From Nitrosopumilus maritimus SCM1 (GTDB lineage: Archaea; Thermoproteota; Nitrososphaeria; Nitrososphaerales; Nitrosopumilaceae), in contig NC_010085.1 of NCBI RefSeq assembly GCF_000018465.1, positions 270,001-302,000 on the forward strand: a stretch of 32,000 nt of DNA. Direction: 5' to 3'. A program made the translations under genes and the position numbers. Positions 9,972 to 18,292 of this stretch are shown piece after piece. Position 1 is the first letter of the stretch, and every line of letters begins with the position of its first letter. The notes under the pieces were generated by a model, which searched no databases, was not told the DNA's origin, and saw only the letters and a list, made by a program, of their open reading frames with translations.

Positions 9972-11210
9972 TTAAACCTCTGCCATACCGCGTATTAAAT
10001 CATGCTCTGATAGGCGTAATAATTCATTTAATTTTGCCACTCTTTCTCCTCCAACAACGCCAACTTTGAGCATTTTTGACTTTGTTGCAAGACCAATATG
10101 GGAAATTTGTGAATCCGTAGATTCACCTGATCTGTGTGATGTGATTAATCTAATGTTATTTTCATTTGCCAAGTTTGCAAATTCTAGTGCATCATAAAGA
10201 CTTCCTGCTTGATTAACTTTCAAAATTGCTGCATTACATGATTTCTTGTCTATGGCTTTTGAAAGAATACCTTTGTTTGTTACTGTCAAATCATCTCCTG
10301 TGATTAGCGTATTTGGAAATTTAGCTGTTAATTCTGACATGTCTTCAAATGCTTCTTCGTGAACTGCATCCTCTGCATAAATTAATTTGAATTTTTCAAT
10401 AATGTCTGCTGCAAAATCAATTTGTTCTGATGTTGTGTTTTCAAAACCTGCTCTGTCATAAACATACTTTGATTTTTCTTCATTCCATTGTGTTGATGAT
10501 GCAAAATCTACTCCTAAAGATACTTCTTTTCCTAAAGTAAATCCTAAATTCTCACAAGCCATTGCAGAAACTTCTAATGCTTTTTGATTTTCTAACTTTG
10601 GTGCCCATCCCCCTTCATCTCCTCTTCCATTTGTAAAATTAGGATCTTCTTTTTCTAAAACACTACGCAATTCTTTATGTACTGCCAAATTAGTTTCAAT
10701 TGATTCCTCAATAGTTTTTGCTCCGGTTGCACAAATCAATATTTCTTGAATGTCTGGTGTACCTGGCCCTGCATGAGCTCCTCCACCTAGGATGTTTCCT
10801 AAAGGAAATGGAAATTTGAATGATGATTCATTTGATAGTGTTTTGAATAGTGGTTGGTCTAGTGCTTTTGATGCTGATTCCATGGATGCAATTGTTACTG
10901 CAAAAGCAAGTGCTCCACCAATTTCTGAATAATTTGATGAATTATCAAAACTTTTCAGTGTATCATGAATTCCTTTTAGATCAGATGACTCTAACCCAAT
11001 AAATTTTTGAGAATTTTCTTTCAAAACTTGAAGACTGTCTTCAGGCCTTCCATTGCGGAAACTAACTGCTTCATATTTGCCAACGCTTGCACCTGATGGG
11101 GCACAAACTCTTCCTACAAATTTTCCCTCAGATTCAACATCTACTTCTATTGTTTTGCTGCCTCTACTATTGTATAGAATACGTCCTTCAATCGAAGTGA
11201 TCTTGGCCAA
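9972..11210 (-). CDS. eno: enolase
   Basis: GASVGKYEAV, GDDLTVTN, LKVNQAGSL and SHRSGESTD motifs. Confidence 0.96.
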   Translation of the reverse strand: MAKITSIEGRILYNSRGSKTIEVDVESEGKFVGRVCAPSGASVGKYEAVSFRNGRPEDSLQVLKENSQKFIGLESSDLKGIHDTLKSFDNSSNYSEIGGALAFAVTIASMESASKALDQPLFKTLSNESSFKFPFPLGNILGGGAHAGPGTPDIQEILICATGAKTIEESIETNLAVHKELRSVLEKEDPNFTNGRGDEGGWAPKLENQKALEVSAMACENLGFTLGKEVSLGVDFASSTQWNEEKSKYVYDRAGFENTTSEQIDFAADIIEKFKLIYAEDAVHEEAFEDMSELTAKFPNTLITGDDLTVTNKGILSKAIDKKSCNAAILKVNQAGSLYDALEFANLANENNIRLITSHRSGESTDSQISHIGLATKSKMLKVGVVGGERVAKLNELLRLSEHDLIRGMAEV

Positions 11211-11211
11211 G

Positions 11212-11448
11212 TTATTCTAACTCAGATTGAACTTCTTGTTTTCTTCTCTGAATTGCTTCATAGAATGGAATTACTTGTTGAATTGTTTCAACCGTAGTTA
11301 GTAACATCCTTCTACAACAATATCTCTCGATTCCAAGGGATTCTAGAGTTTTCTCTGGATCTTCTCCAGCTTTGATTTTATTTTGATAATCGTCATATTT
11401 GTCTGCAATTAGGTTTCCACATGTAAAACATCTAACAGGAATTAACAT
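11212..11448 (-). CDS. rpoN: DNA-directed RNA polymerase subunit N (Rpb10 homologue)
   Basis: MLIPVRCFTCGNLIADKY...LGIERYCCRRMLLT zinc motif. The track ORF starts at 11484, but the family start MLIPVRC corresponds to 11448. Confidence 0.93.
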   Translation of the reverse strand: MLIPVRCFTCGNLIADKYDDYQNKIKAGEDPEKTLESLGIERYCCRRMLLTTVETIQQVIPFYEAIQRRKQEVQSELE

Positions 11449-11471
11449 ACGAACGAAAAAGTAATCAAGGA

Positions 11472-11479
11472 TTATAAAA
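11472..11479 (+). promoter_or_regulatory. TATA-box-like element for tRNA-Leu
   Basis: TTATAAAA about 22-29 nt upstream of the tRNA 5' end, the expected archaeal spacing. Confidence 0.55.
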
Positions 11480-11500
11480 ACCATACATGGAAATTTCTTT

Positions 11501-11585
11501 GCGGGCGTCGCCCAGCCTGGCCAAAGGCGCTAGCTTGAGGGGCTAGTCTCTCAGGAGTTCGTGGGTTCAAATCCCATCGCCCGCA
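11501..11585 (+). tRNA. tRNA-Leu (anticodon GAG)
   Basis: GCGGGCG/CGCCCGC acceptor, CTAGC-TTGAGGG-GCTAG anticodon arm, long variable arm, GGTTCAAATCC T-loop, discriminator A; CCA not encoded. Confidence 0.95.
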
Positions 11586-11600
11586 TACAAACTTTGAAAA

Positions 11601-12215
11601 TCATTTTTCAAATTTTTTGAGTGTTTTAATTAATTCAGTCCTTCTTTTTTCTTCAGTAATTGCAGATCTCACATCATCTACTAAAATTCTATTTACATCG
11701 ATTTTTCTTCTTGCTTCTTTTACCACTTTATCATACATCGAGAAAGTGTAAAGTTGCAGATACAAGTTTTCCATTACTTCAAAAACTCTTGTGGCTTCTT
11801 CAATTTCTCCAATTCTGATTTTATCAAAAACCATTCTTTTTAATTCTCCAATACAATCTAGTAATCCCAAAACATATGATTCTGGCATCACTCCTAATTT
11901 TTTATCTGATGGGATTTCTTTTTTTTCTACAATTGCAATTAGGCATGCAGCTTCAACAAATTCTTGTTCGGGAGTAATGATATATCTTCTTAAATCTCCT
12001 GTAGCTTTTTTCTTGTATTTTTTTAATAGTGATTCTGCTTTTTTTAGATTGTTCTTTCCTGTCTTTGTATCATTTTTATGAATTGCAATTATTGATCTAC
12101 TACAAAGAACGATTATCTCTCTAGTGTTTTTCAGTAAAAATTCTCTTGAATCTTGAACGTTTCCTAAAGTCTTTGAAATTTTATTCAATGATGGTTTTAC
12201 ATTTTTTAATGTCAT
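11601..12215 (-). CDS. translin family-like protein
   Basis: All-helical protein with REFLLKNTREIIVLCSRSIIAIHKND, EFVEAA, YVLGLLDCIGELKRMVFDKI and KVVKEARRKIDVNRILVDDVRSAI, resembling archaeal translins. Confidence 0.75.
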   Translation of the reverse strand: MTLKNVKPSLNKISKTLGNVQDSREFLLKNTREIIVLCSRSIIAIHKNDTKTGKNNLKKAESLLKKYKKKATGDLRRYIITPEQEFVEAACLIAIVEKKEIPSDKKLGVMPESYVLGLLDCIGELKRMVFDKIRIGEIEEATRVFEVMENLYLQLYTFSMYDKVVKEARRKIDVNRILVDDVRSAITEEKRRTELIKTLKKFEK

Positions 12216-12288
12216 ATCTGGTGTTCATAATACCTTGGATAAAGCCGTTTTCTAAACTCTTATTTTGGATATGATTCTTACGTAAATT

Positions 12289-12936
12289 ATGGAAATAACA
12301 GTTGATCAAATGTACAATATTGAAAATAAAGGTCATGATATGGGATTTTTAAAAAAATTCATGATGGAAAATGCTGGTGCTGCCGCAGTAAAAAGATTAG
12401 TTGAAAAACTTGGAAATGTAGATTCAAAAAATATTTTGATTTTTGTTGGTATGGGAAACAATGGTGGTGATGGATTAGTCATGGCAAGACACCTTGCTGG
12501 ATACAATGCAAAAGTTACAGTTATGCTTCTTGGAAATCCTGAAAATATCAAAACTGAAGAAAGTAATTGGAATTGGTCAATTCTAGAGAAAATGCCTTCT
12601 GTAAAACTAATGACTGGAGGAACTACTAATTTTGATTTTAAACCCGATGTGATTGTTGATGGAATTCTGGGAACTGGCATATCTGGAGAAATCCGAGAAC
12701 CATACGCATCTGCAATTAATTACATCAATCAGACTGATTGTTACAAATTTGCTGTGGATGTCCCATCTGGATTGGATCCTCAAACAGGTGAAACTGCAAA
12801 TATCTTTACAAAGTGTGACATGACTGTGACATTTCACAAAATGAAACAAGGAATTCCAAAAAGAAAGGACTTGACTGGTGAATTATTTGCAGAAAAAATT
12901 GGAATTCCTCCAGAAGCAGAAGAGGGAATTCTATGA
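12289..12936 (+). CDS. nnrE: NAD(P)H-hydrate epimerase (YjeF N-terminal domain)
   Basis: FVGMGNNGGDGLVMARHLAGY, DVIVDGILGTGISG and DVPSGLDPQTGE motifs. Confidence 0.9.
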   Translation: MEITVDQMYNIENKGHDMGFLKKFMMENAGAAAVKRLVEKLGNVDSKNILIFVGMGNNGGDGLVMARHLAGYNAKVTVMLLGNPENIKTEESNWNWSILEKMPSVKLMTGGTTNFDFKPDVIVDGILGTGISGEIREPYASAINYINQTDCYKFAVDVPSGLDPQTGETANIFTKCDMTVTFHKMKQGIPKRKDLTGELFAEKIGIPPEAEEGIL

Positions 12937-13541
12937 TAGTTCATCAAATCCAAGTTGGAAACATGCAAAATTTTTCTTACATTGTTGTAGATGAAGACAC
13001 AAGCGAATCTATCATAATTGATCCATCTTGGGATCTCATTGAGTTAGAGATGGTAATCAAAGAAAATGACTTGAAAATAAAATACATTGTTAATACTCAT
13101 CATCACTTTGATCACACCATTGGAAACGAAGCAATGGCAGAATCTACCAAAGCACCAATTATTCAACATGAAAATTCTGAATTAAAACATGATATCACAG
13201 TCAAAGATGGTGATGTCATAGAATTTGGAAATTCAAAATTAAAAGTACTTCACACTCCAGGCCATTCCAAGGATAGTATTTGTTTGATAGGTGATGGAAA
13301 AATTTTCTCAGGTGATACTTTGTTTGTTGGAAACTGTGGCCGTATTGATTTACCTGGTGGCAGCGCAAAAGAACTCTATCACAGCCTATTTGATATCCTT
13401 TATTCATTAGATGATAATTTGGTCCTATATTCTGGGCACAATTATGGTCACAAAGAGATTTCTACACTTGGACAAGAAAAGATAACAAATATGGTAATGC
13501 AAAAGAGAACTGAACAACAATTTCTTGATATGATGGGTTAG
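12933..13541 (+). CDS. MBL-fold metallo-hydrolase (glyoxalase II-like)
   Basis: NTHHHFDHTIGNEA, LHTPGHSKDSICL, SGDTLFVGNCGRIDLPGG, YSGHNYGH; 4-bp overlap with nnrE. Confidence 0.92.
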   Translation: MIVHQIQVGNMQNFSYIVVDEDTSESIIIDPSWDLIELEMVIKENDLKIKYIVNTHHHFDHTIGNEAMAESTKAPIIQHENSELKHDITVKDGDVIEFGNSKLKVLHTPGHSKDSICLIGDGKIFSGDTLFVGNCGRIDLPGGSAKELYHSLFDILYSLDDNLVLYSGHNYGHKEISTLGQEKITNMVMQKRTEQQFLDMMG

Positions 13542-13545
13542 TGAT

Positions 13546-14607
13546 TTGTTGAAAGATTTTGAATTATATGGAAATGTTGATCTGGCTCAAAATTTCATTG
13601 ATTCTGTAAAATCTGGTAGATTTCTTTTTTCATTTGTTATTTCATATACTGAAACTTCTGAAATTCCTGGAATAACTTTTGCAGGTGCTGATAAGGATTC
13701 AATTCAATATACTCCTCCAGCTGATGCAGAATATCTCCATTATGGGTATTGTAAAACTATTGATAAAATTCCAATGACTCCTGACGGAAAACCCACTCCT
13801 GGATTATTAACTAAAACTGCTTTAGAATCTGCAAGTATTTCTCATTTGACAATTAATGCTGGTAGTAAAATCGTTCCTCAATTACCTTTTATTGAATCCG
13901 GATTGCCTTTTGGAAAAAATATTTTAGTTCAAGATGCAATGAATGATACAATTGTATCTCATGCAGTTGAATATGGTCAAATTCTTGGAAGAATCTTAGC
14001 ATCATTAACTGATTGTTTATTGATTGGCGAATGTATCCCTGGTGGAACAACTACTGCTTTAGCATTGTTAAAAGCATTAGATTATGACGCAAAGGTTAGT
14101 TCGAGCATTCCTGAAAATCCTATTGAATTAAAAAATCAAATTGTAACATCTGCACTTGAAAGAATTGATTCAGAACATCCCTACAGTATTGTTGCAAAAA
14201 TTGGTGATCCGATGATTCCTTTTGTTGCTGGAATGTTAAGTTCTGCTTCTAGTGTGTCTAAAGTAATGTTGGCAGGTGGTACACAAATGGCTGCAGTTTT
14301 GGCATTTGCATCAAAAATTGGATTTAATGAAGAAAACACTGCAATTGGAACTACATCTTACATTACAAATGATGAAACTGCAAACTTCAAAGAACTTATT
14401 CATGAAATCTCAGATATCCCTATTCTTTCTGTAGATCCAGGCATGAAAAATTCCAAATTTTCTGGTTTAAGGGCATTTTCTGAAGGATTTGCGAAAGAAG
14501 GAGTTGGAGCAGGTGGCAGTATTATTTCTTCAATGCTGAAAACTGGTAATAACTCTGAAACTTTGTTGAATTTAGCTGAAAAAGAATACCAACGACTATT
14601 TACTTGA
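13546..14607 (+). CDS. nicotinate-nucleotide-dimethylbenzimidazole phosphoribosyltransferase (CobT)-like family protein
   Basis: ECIPGGTTTALALL, LAGGTQMAAVLAFASKIG and SFSGLRAFSEGFAKEGVGAGGS; TTG start in tandem with the upstream gene. Confidence 0.85.
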   Translation: MLKDFELYGNVDLAQNFIDSVKSGRFLFSFVISYTETSEIPGITFAGADKDSIQYTPPADAEYLHYGYCKTIDKIPMTPDGKPTPGLLTKTALESASISHLTINAGSKIVPQLPFIESGLPFGKNILVQDAMNDTIVSHAVEYGQILGRILASLTDCLLIGECIPGGTTTALALLKALDYDAKVSSSIPENPIELKNQIVTSALERIDSEHPYSIVAKIGDPMIPFVAGMLSSASSVSKVMLAGGTQMAAVLAFASKIGFNEENTAIGTTSYITNDETANFKELIHEISDIPILSVDPGMKNSKFSGLRAFSEGFAKEGVGAGGSIISSMLKTGNNSETLLNLAEKEYQRLFT

Positions 14608-16360
14608 CTGTAACTGATTTTGCAAGATTTCTTGGATAATCAGGATCTGTGTCTTTTTCAAGTGCTGCATAATATGACAACAACTGAATTGGAATTATCT
14701 CTGAAATTGGATATAACACTTCATTAATTTTTGGCATTTCAATCCAATAATCATAAACATCACTTTTCACATCTGACACACCAATAATTTTTGCACCACG
14801 AGCTTTAATTTCTCTTGCACTGGTAAGAGTATCTGAATATGTTGAATCATTTGGATTTAGTATGATCACAAATACATTGGAATCCATTAAGGCAAGAGGT
14901 CCATGTTTTAGTTCGCCACCTGCAATTCCTTCTGCATGAATATATGTCAGTTCTTTGAGTTTTAGTGCAGATTCTGTTGCAATTGGATAATTGATTCCTC
15001 GACCTAGAATGTAAATGTCTGAAATTTCTTTCAATTCTTTTGCAATTTTTTGAATGTTGGTTGGGTTGTCCAATGTTTTTGAAATTGACTTTGAGAAATC
15101 TTCAAAATTAATTGTAATGTCATTATTGCTTAATTTTTGCACAATTTTGTACAAGATTACAAGTTGTGATGTGAAACTTTTAGTTGCAGCAACCCCAATC
15201 TCTGGACCACAATTCAAACCAATCACAACATCTGCTTCTCGTGCAAGCGAAGATGTCACTAGATTAACAATTGCAATAATCTTACAATTTGCATTTTTTG
15301 CAATTTTTACTGCTTCTAAAACGTCTGCACTCTCTCCACTCTGAGATATTGCAATTAGGATGGAATTTTCTTCAATAATGTTTGGATCAAACTGAAGCTC
15401 ACTAGACATGATTGACTCAGTCTTGATTTTGACATATTTTGACAAAATCTGCTTTGCAATTAGTGCTGAATTGTAGCTTGTTCCACTACCAGTAATGTAG
15501 ATATTTTTTGCCTGTCTGATATAGTCTGTTGCTGCTTCTATCTCACTAGATGTCTTTTCTCCTGCCTTCAAAATTGTCTCAGGCTGTTCGTAAATTTCTT
15601 TTAGTGTAAAATGTGCATAATCTCCCTTGTATGCATCTCCAAATTCTTTTGAAACTTTGGTAATTTCATACCCTGTTTGTTCTCCATTAAAATCTGAAAT
15701 TTGGAATTTGTTTTTATCAAATATTACAAAAGTTCCATTCTCCATATAGATTGCATTATCCGTAAATTCAATAAATCCTAGTACATCACTTGACAAAAAG
15801 TAATCATCTTTTCCTACTCCAATAATTAATGGTTCATGAAATCTTGCAGCTGCTAATTGCCCATCTTCAAACATTGCAACAAATGAATAATGTCCTTTTA
15901 GTTGAGAAACTGTTTTTAGAATTGTTTCTTTGACATTCTTTGTTTGGTCGTGATGTTTTTGGAGTAAATTTGAAATTATTTCACTATCTGTCTCACTTTT
16001 GAAAACATATCCATCACTTTCTAATTCTTTTTTTAACTCTTCAAAATTTTCTATAATTCCATTATGAACAATTGCAATTTTTCCTGAATTGCTAGGATGT
16101 GGATGAGCATTTACATCTGTTACCTTTCCATGTGTTGCCCATCTGGTATGACCAATTCCAACTCTTCCAGGTAATGTTTCTAATTGTACTTTTGAATTGA
16201 CTTCTTGTACTTTTCCAGTCCCTTTTTTCAATCCAATTTGGTTTTCTGATTCTGTTGCAACTCCTACACTATCATATCCTCTATACTCCATTCTCTTTAG
16301 ACCCTTTACGATTATGGGTGCTGCAGTTTCTTTTCCATAATAGCCGATAATTGAACACAT
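14600..16360 (-). CDS. glmS: glutamine-fructose-6-phosphate aminotransferase (isomerizing)
   Basis: MCSIIGYYG, GIGHTRWATHG (GATase II) and two SIS domains (YITGSGTSYNSALI, QSGESADVLEA, C-terminal LAKSVTVK). Confidence 0.97.
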   Translation of the reverse strand: MCSIIGYYGKETAAPIIVKGLKRMEYRGYDSVGVATESENQIGLKKGTGKVQEVNSKVQLETLPGRVGIGHTRWATHGKVTDVNAHPHPSNSGKIAIVHNGIIENFEELKKELESDGYVFKSETDSEIISNLLQKHHDQTKNVKETILKTVSQLKGHYSFVAMFEDGQLAAARFHEPLIIGVGKDDYFLSSDVLGFIEFTDNAIYMENGTFVIFDKNKFQISDFNGEQTGYEITKVSKEFGDAYKGDYAHFTLKEIYEQPETILKAGEKTSSEIEAATDYIRQAKNIYITGSGTSYNSALIAKQILSKYVKIKTESIMSSELQFDPNIIEENSILIAISQSGESADVLEAVKIAKNANCKIIAIVNLVTSSLAREADVVIGLNCGPEIGVAATKSFTSQLVILYKIVQKLSNNDITINFEDFSKSISKTLDNPTNIQKIAKELKEISDIYILGRGINYPIATESALKLKELTYIHAEGIAGGELKHGPLALMDSNVFVIILNPNDSTYSDTLTSAREIKARGAKIIGVSDVKSDVYDYWIEMPKINEVLYPISEIIPIQLLSYYAALEKDTDPDYPRNLAKSVTVK

Positions 16361-16451
16361 GTCTATTCTACCTGTAATTGGGGGTTATTTACTGCTTAAG
16401 TAATTATTATTTTATCGCGGTGTGGTTATTTCACTGAAAAATCTAATTATT

Positions 16452-17057
16452 CTATGATTCTGTTGAAGGACTTTCTTCTTTTTTCTCTTCAGCAGGAGCC
16501 TCTACTGTCTCTTCAGCAGGAGCCTCTACTGTCTCTTCAGCAGGAGCCTCACTCTTTGTCTTTTCTAAAACTTGTGGAATCTTTGATTCTGGTGCAAAGT
16601 GAATACTGTTTTCTTCTTCTACTGTAACTGTGTATGAAGGAATGTCTACTTTTCTCTCACCAATCATAATGTGACCGTGAATAACTGCTTGTCTTGCTTG
16701 GTATGGTGTCTTGAATCCTAATTTCTTTGTAACAATAGTTTGTAATCTTCTTGAAAGCAAATCATTTGCAGTCAAGTTAAGTACATCATCTAGTGTTGCA
16801 TCTGAACTAACCAGTCCTATTCTAGCTAATGATTTCATTAGAATTGGTTCTTTTTCTGCTCTAACTTCTTGTCTTAATGCAAGTAATGATCTTGCTTGAT
16901 GTCTGACTCTGGATAGTTCTGTATGTGCTTTCCATAATTCTCTTTTAGTTCTTAATCCAAAAGTTCCTAGAGTTTTCAACTCTTCCATTTTTAATTCATA
17001 ATTAAGAGGTCTCTTTGGTTTTCTCCAAACTCTACGTGGATATTTTGGATCTCCCAT
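16452..17057 (-). CDS. rpsD: 30S ribosomal protein S4 with acidic Ala/Pro/Glu C-terminal extension
   Basis: uS4 N-terminus GDPKYPRRVWRKPKRPLNYELKMEELKTLGTFGLRTKRELWK and S4 domain; tail VEAPAEETVEAPAEET. Confidence 0.95.
   Translation of the reverse strand: MGDPKYPRRVWRKPKRPLNYELKMEELKTLGTFGLRTKRELWKAHTELSRVRHQARSLLALRQEVRAEKEPILMKSLARIGLVSSDATLDDVLNLTANDLLSRRLQTIVTKKLGFKTPYQARQAVIHGHIMIGERKVDIPSYTVTVEEENSIHFAPESKIPQVLEKTKSEAPAEETVEAPAEETVEAPAEEKKEESPSTES
16485..16550. repeat. perfect 24-bp tandem repeat (about 2.75 copies) in the rpsD 3' end
   Basis: CTCTTCAGCAGGAGCCTCTACTGT at 16485-16508 and 16509-16532, plus 18 bp at 16533-16550. Confidence 0.95.
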
Positions 17058-17066
17058 TCAAAACAC

Positions 17067-17651
17067 CTATTCTTTTTTCTCCTCTGCAGCTGGTGCTGCT
17101 TCTGCTGGTGCTGCTTCTGCAGCTGGTGCATCTGTAGTTGGAGCTGCTGCGGCTGCTGGCGCATCAGATGATGATTTCTTTGCAGGAGCTGCCATACCAC
17201 CTTTTGCAACACCGACTGCTCCACCTTTTCTACCTGATGTTCTTGTTCTTTGTCCTCTTACTTTGAGACCGCTAAGATGACGATAACCTCTCCAACTTGC
17301 AGTAACTCTTTCTCTTTCAATATCATTTCTTAATGTAAATGGAATATCTGATGTTAGCAAATGCAAATCATTGCCAGTTTCAATGTCTTTTCTTCTGTTG
17401 AGGAACCATGTTGGAAAGTTGCCTTCAGCTGGATTTGTAATTAGTTTCTCAATTGCTTGAACATTTTCATCGGTAAGGTGACCAATGTTTGAGTTTGAAT
17501 CAATGTTTAATGTGTCTAGAATTGCTGTGGCAAAATTATATCCAATCCCCTTGATCTGAGTGAGTCCAACTAGCATCTTTCTCTCTCCTGGGATATCGTT
17601 TCCCACAATCCTAACAATGTGTCTATATTCTTGAGTGCTCAAGTATTCCAA
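17067..17651 (-). CDS. rpsM: 30S ribosomal protein S13 with low-complexity Ala/Pro/Glu C-terminal extension
   Basis: uS13 motifs ([53 protein letters not shown]-like) plus tail [21 protein letters not shown]. Confidence 0.95.
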   Translation of the reverse strand: MEYLSTQEYRHIVRIVGNDIPGERKMLVGLTQIKGIGYNFATAILDTLNIDSNSNIGHLTDENVQAIEKLITNPAEGNFPTWFLNRRKDIETGNDLHLLTSDIPFTLRNDIERERVTASWRGYRHLSGLKVRGQRTRTSGRKGGAVGVAKGGMAAPAKKSSSDAPAAAAAPTTDAPAAEAAPAEAAPAAEEKKE

Positions 17652-17748
17652 AATTCAAGAAAACCCCGATAAAAACCATGCTAGGCACCATTTTAGGTTG
17701 ATTTTCAGATTTTATGCATTATATGCTTGACTACAAGTATCTGCTAGA

Positions 17749-17901
17749 TTATCTAAAGTCCTCATCTTCAGTCCAATCATTCCCTTGTACGTTCCACTGA
17801 TTGCACTGACAACATTTTTTGACCCCTCTTTGGGCATCAATATCTATGCAGTAACAATGTTCTCCTTTCCCTGATGGGTCATTTTGACAAAGTTTTTGCA
17901 T
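17749..17901 (-). CDS. 50-aa Cys-rich microprotein (MQKLCQNDPSGKGEHCYCIDIDAQRGVKKCCQCNQWNVQGNDWTEDEDFR)
   Basis: ATG (cat 17899-17901) to TAA (tta 17749-17751); six Cys plus His; fills a 332-bp intergenic gap; TATA-like palindrome about 50 nt upstream. Below the ORF-track cutoff. Confidence 0.55.
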   Translation of the reverse strand: MQKLCQNDPSGKGEHCYCIDIDAQRGVKKCCQCNQWNVQGNDWTEDEDFR

Positions 17902-17947
17902 ACTGTGGTAATGGGGCTTTTTTCTTAATTATCTTATTGAATTTTGA

Positions 17948-17961
17948 AAAGTTATAACTTT
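17948..17961. promoter_or_regulatory. perfect 14-bp palindromic TATA-like element
   Basis: AAAGTTATAACTTT is self-complementary and sits between divergent starts at 17901 (-) and 17984 (+). Confidence 0.45.
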
Positions 17962-17983
17962 CAATATTCTCATCTCTATTGAA

Positions 17984-18292
17984 ATGGCAGATACTTTTGA
18001 TCGCGAAAAAGTTGTAGATTGCATGTTTGATCCTGTGACATCTTCAATTTTAGCAGAATTAGAAGACGGTGAAAAAACATGTTCATCTTTGGCACAACAA
18101 GCATCTATTTCTGAATCTGAGGTTTTGGAAAGACTGTCTTATTTGATAGAACATGAATTTATCATAAAAAATACTGATGGTGAAACTACTCTTTCTGCAA
18201 ATTCTGAAAAACTTAGTAGTATCGTTGAGAGTGGAGATAACTTTGATGAAACCATTAGCAGTCTTGAAAAAATGGATAGTTATCTAAACTGA
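17984..18292 (+). CDS. winged-helix (ArsR-like) transcriptional regulator
   Basis: KVVDCMFDPVTSSILAELEDGEKTCSSLAQQASISESEVLERLSYLIEHEFIIK wHTH pattern. Confidence 0.75.
   Translation: MADTFDREKVVDCMFDPVTSSILAELEDGEKTCSSLAQQASISESEVLERLSYLIEHEFIIKNTDGETTLSANSEKLSSIVESGDNFDETISSLEKMDSYLN

Noticed and set aside
11791-12081. Plus-strand 96-aa ORF
   Set aside because: Antisense shadow of the translin-like gene; Ser/Phe/Ile-rich noise.
15054-15344. Plus-strand 96-aa ORF
   Set aside because: Antisense to glmS SIS domain coding sequence.
16485-16550. Short tandem repeat considered as a CRISPR-like array
   Set aside because: Direct head-to-tail 24-bp units without spacers, in frame inside the rpsD coding sequence.
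16711-17224. ORFs at 16711-16899 (+) and 16991-17224 (-)
   Set aside because: Out-of-frame products of rpsD and rpsM; the Gln-rich ORF is a frameshifted reading of the Ala/Pro/Glu tail.
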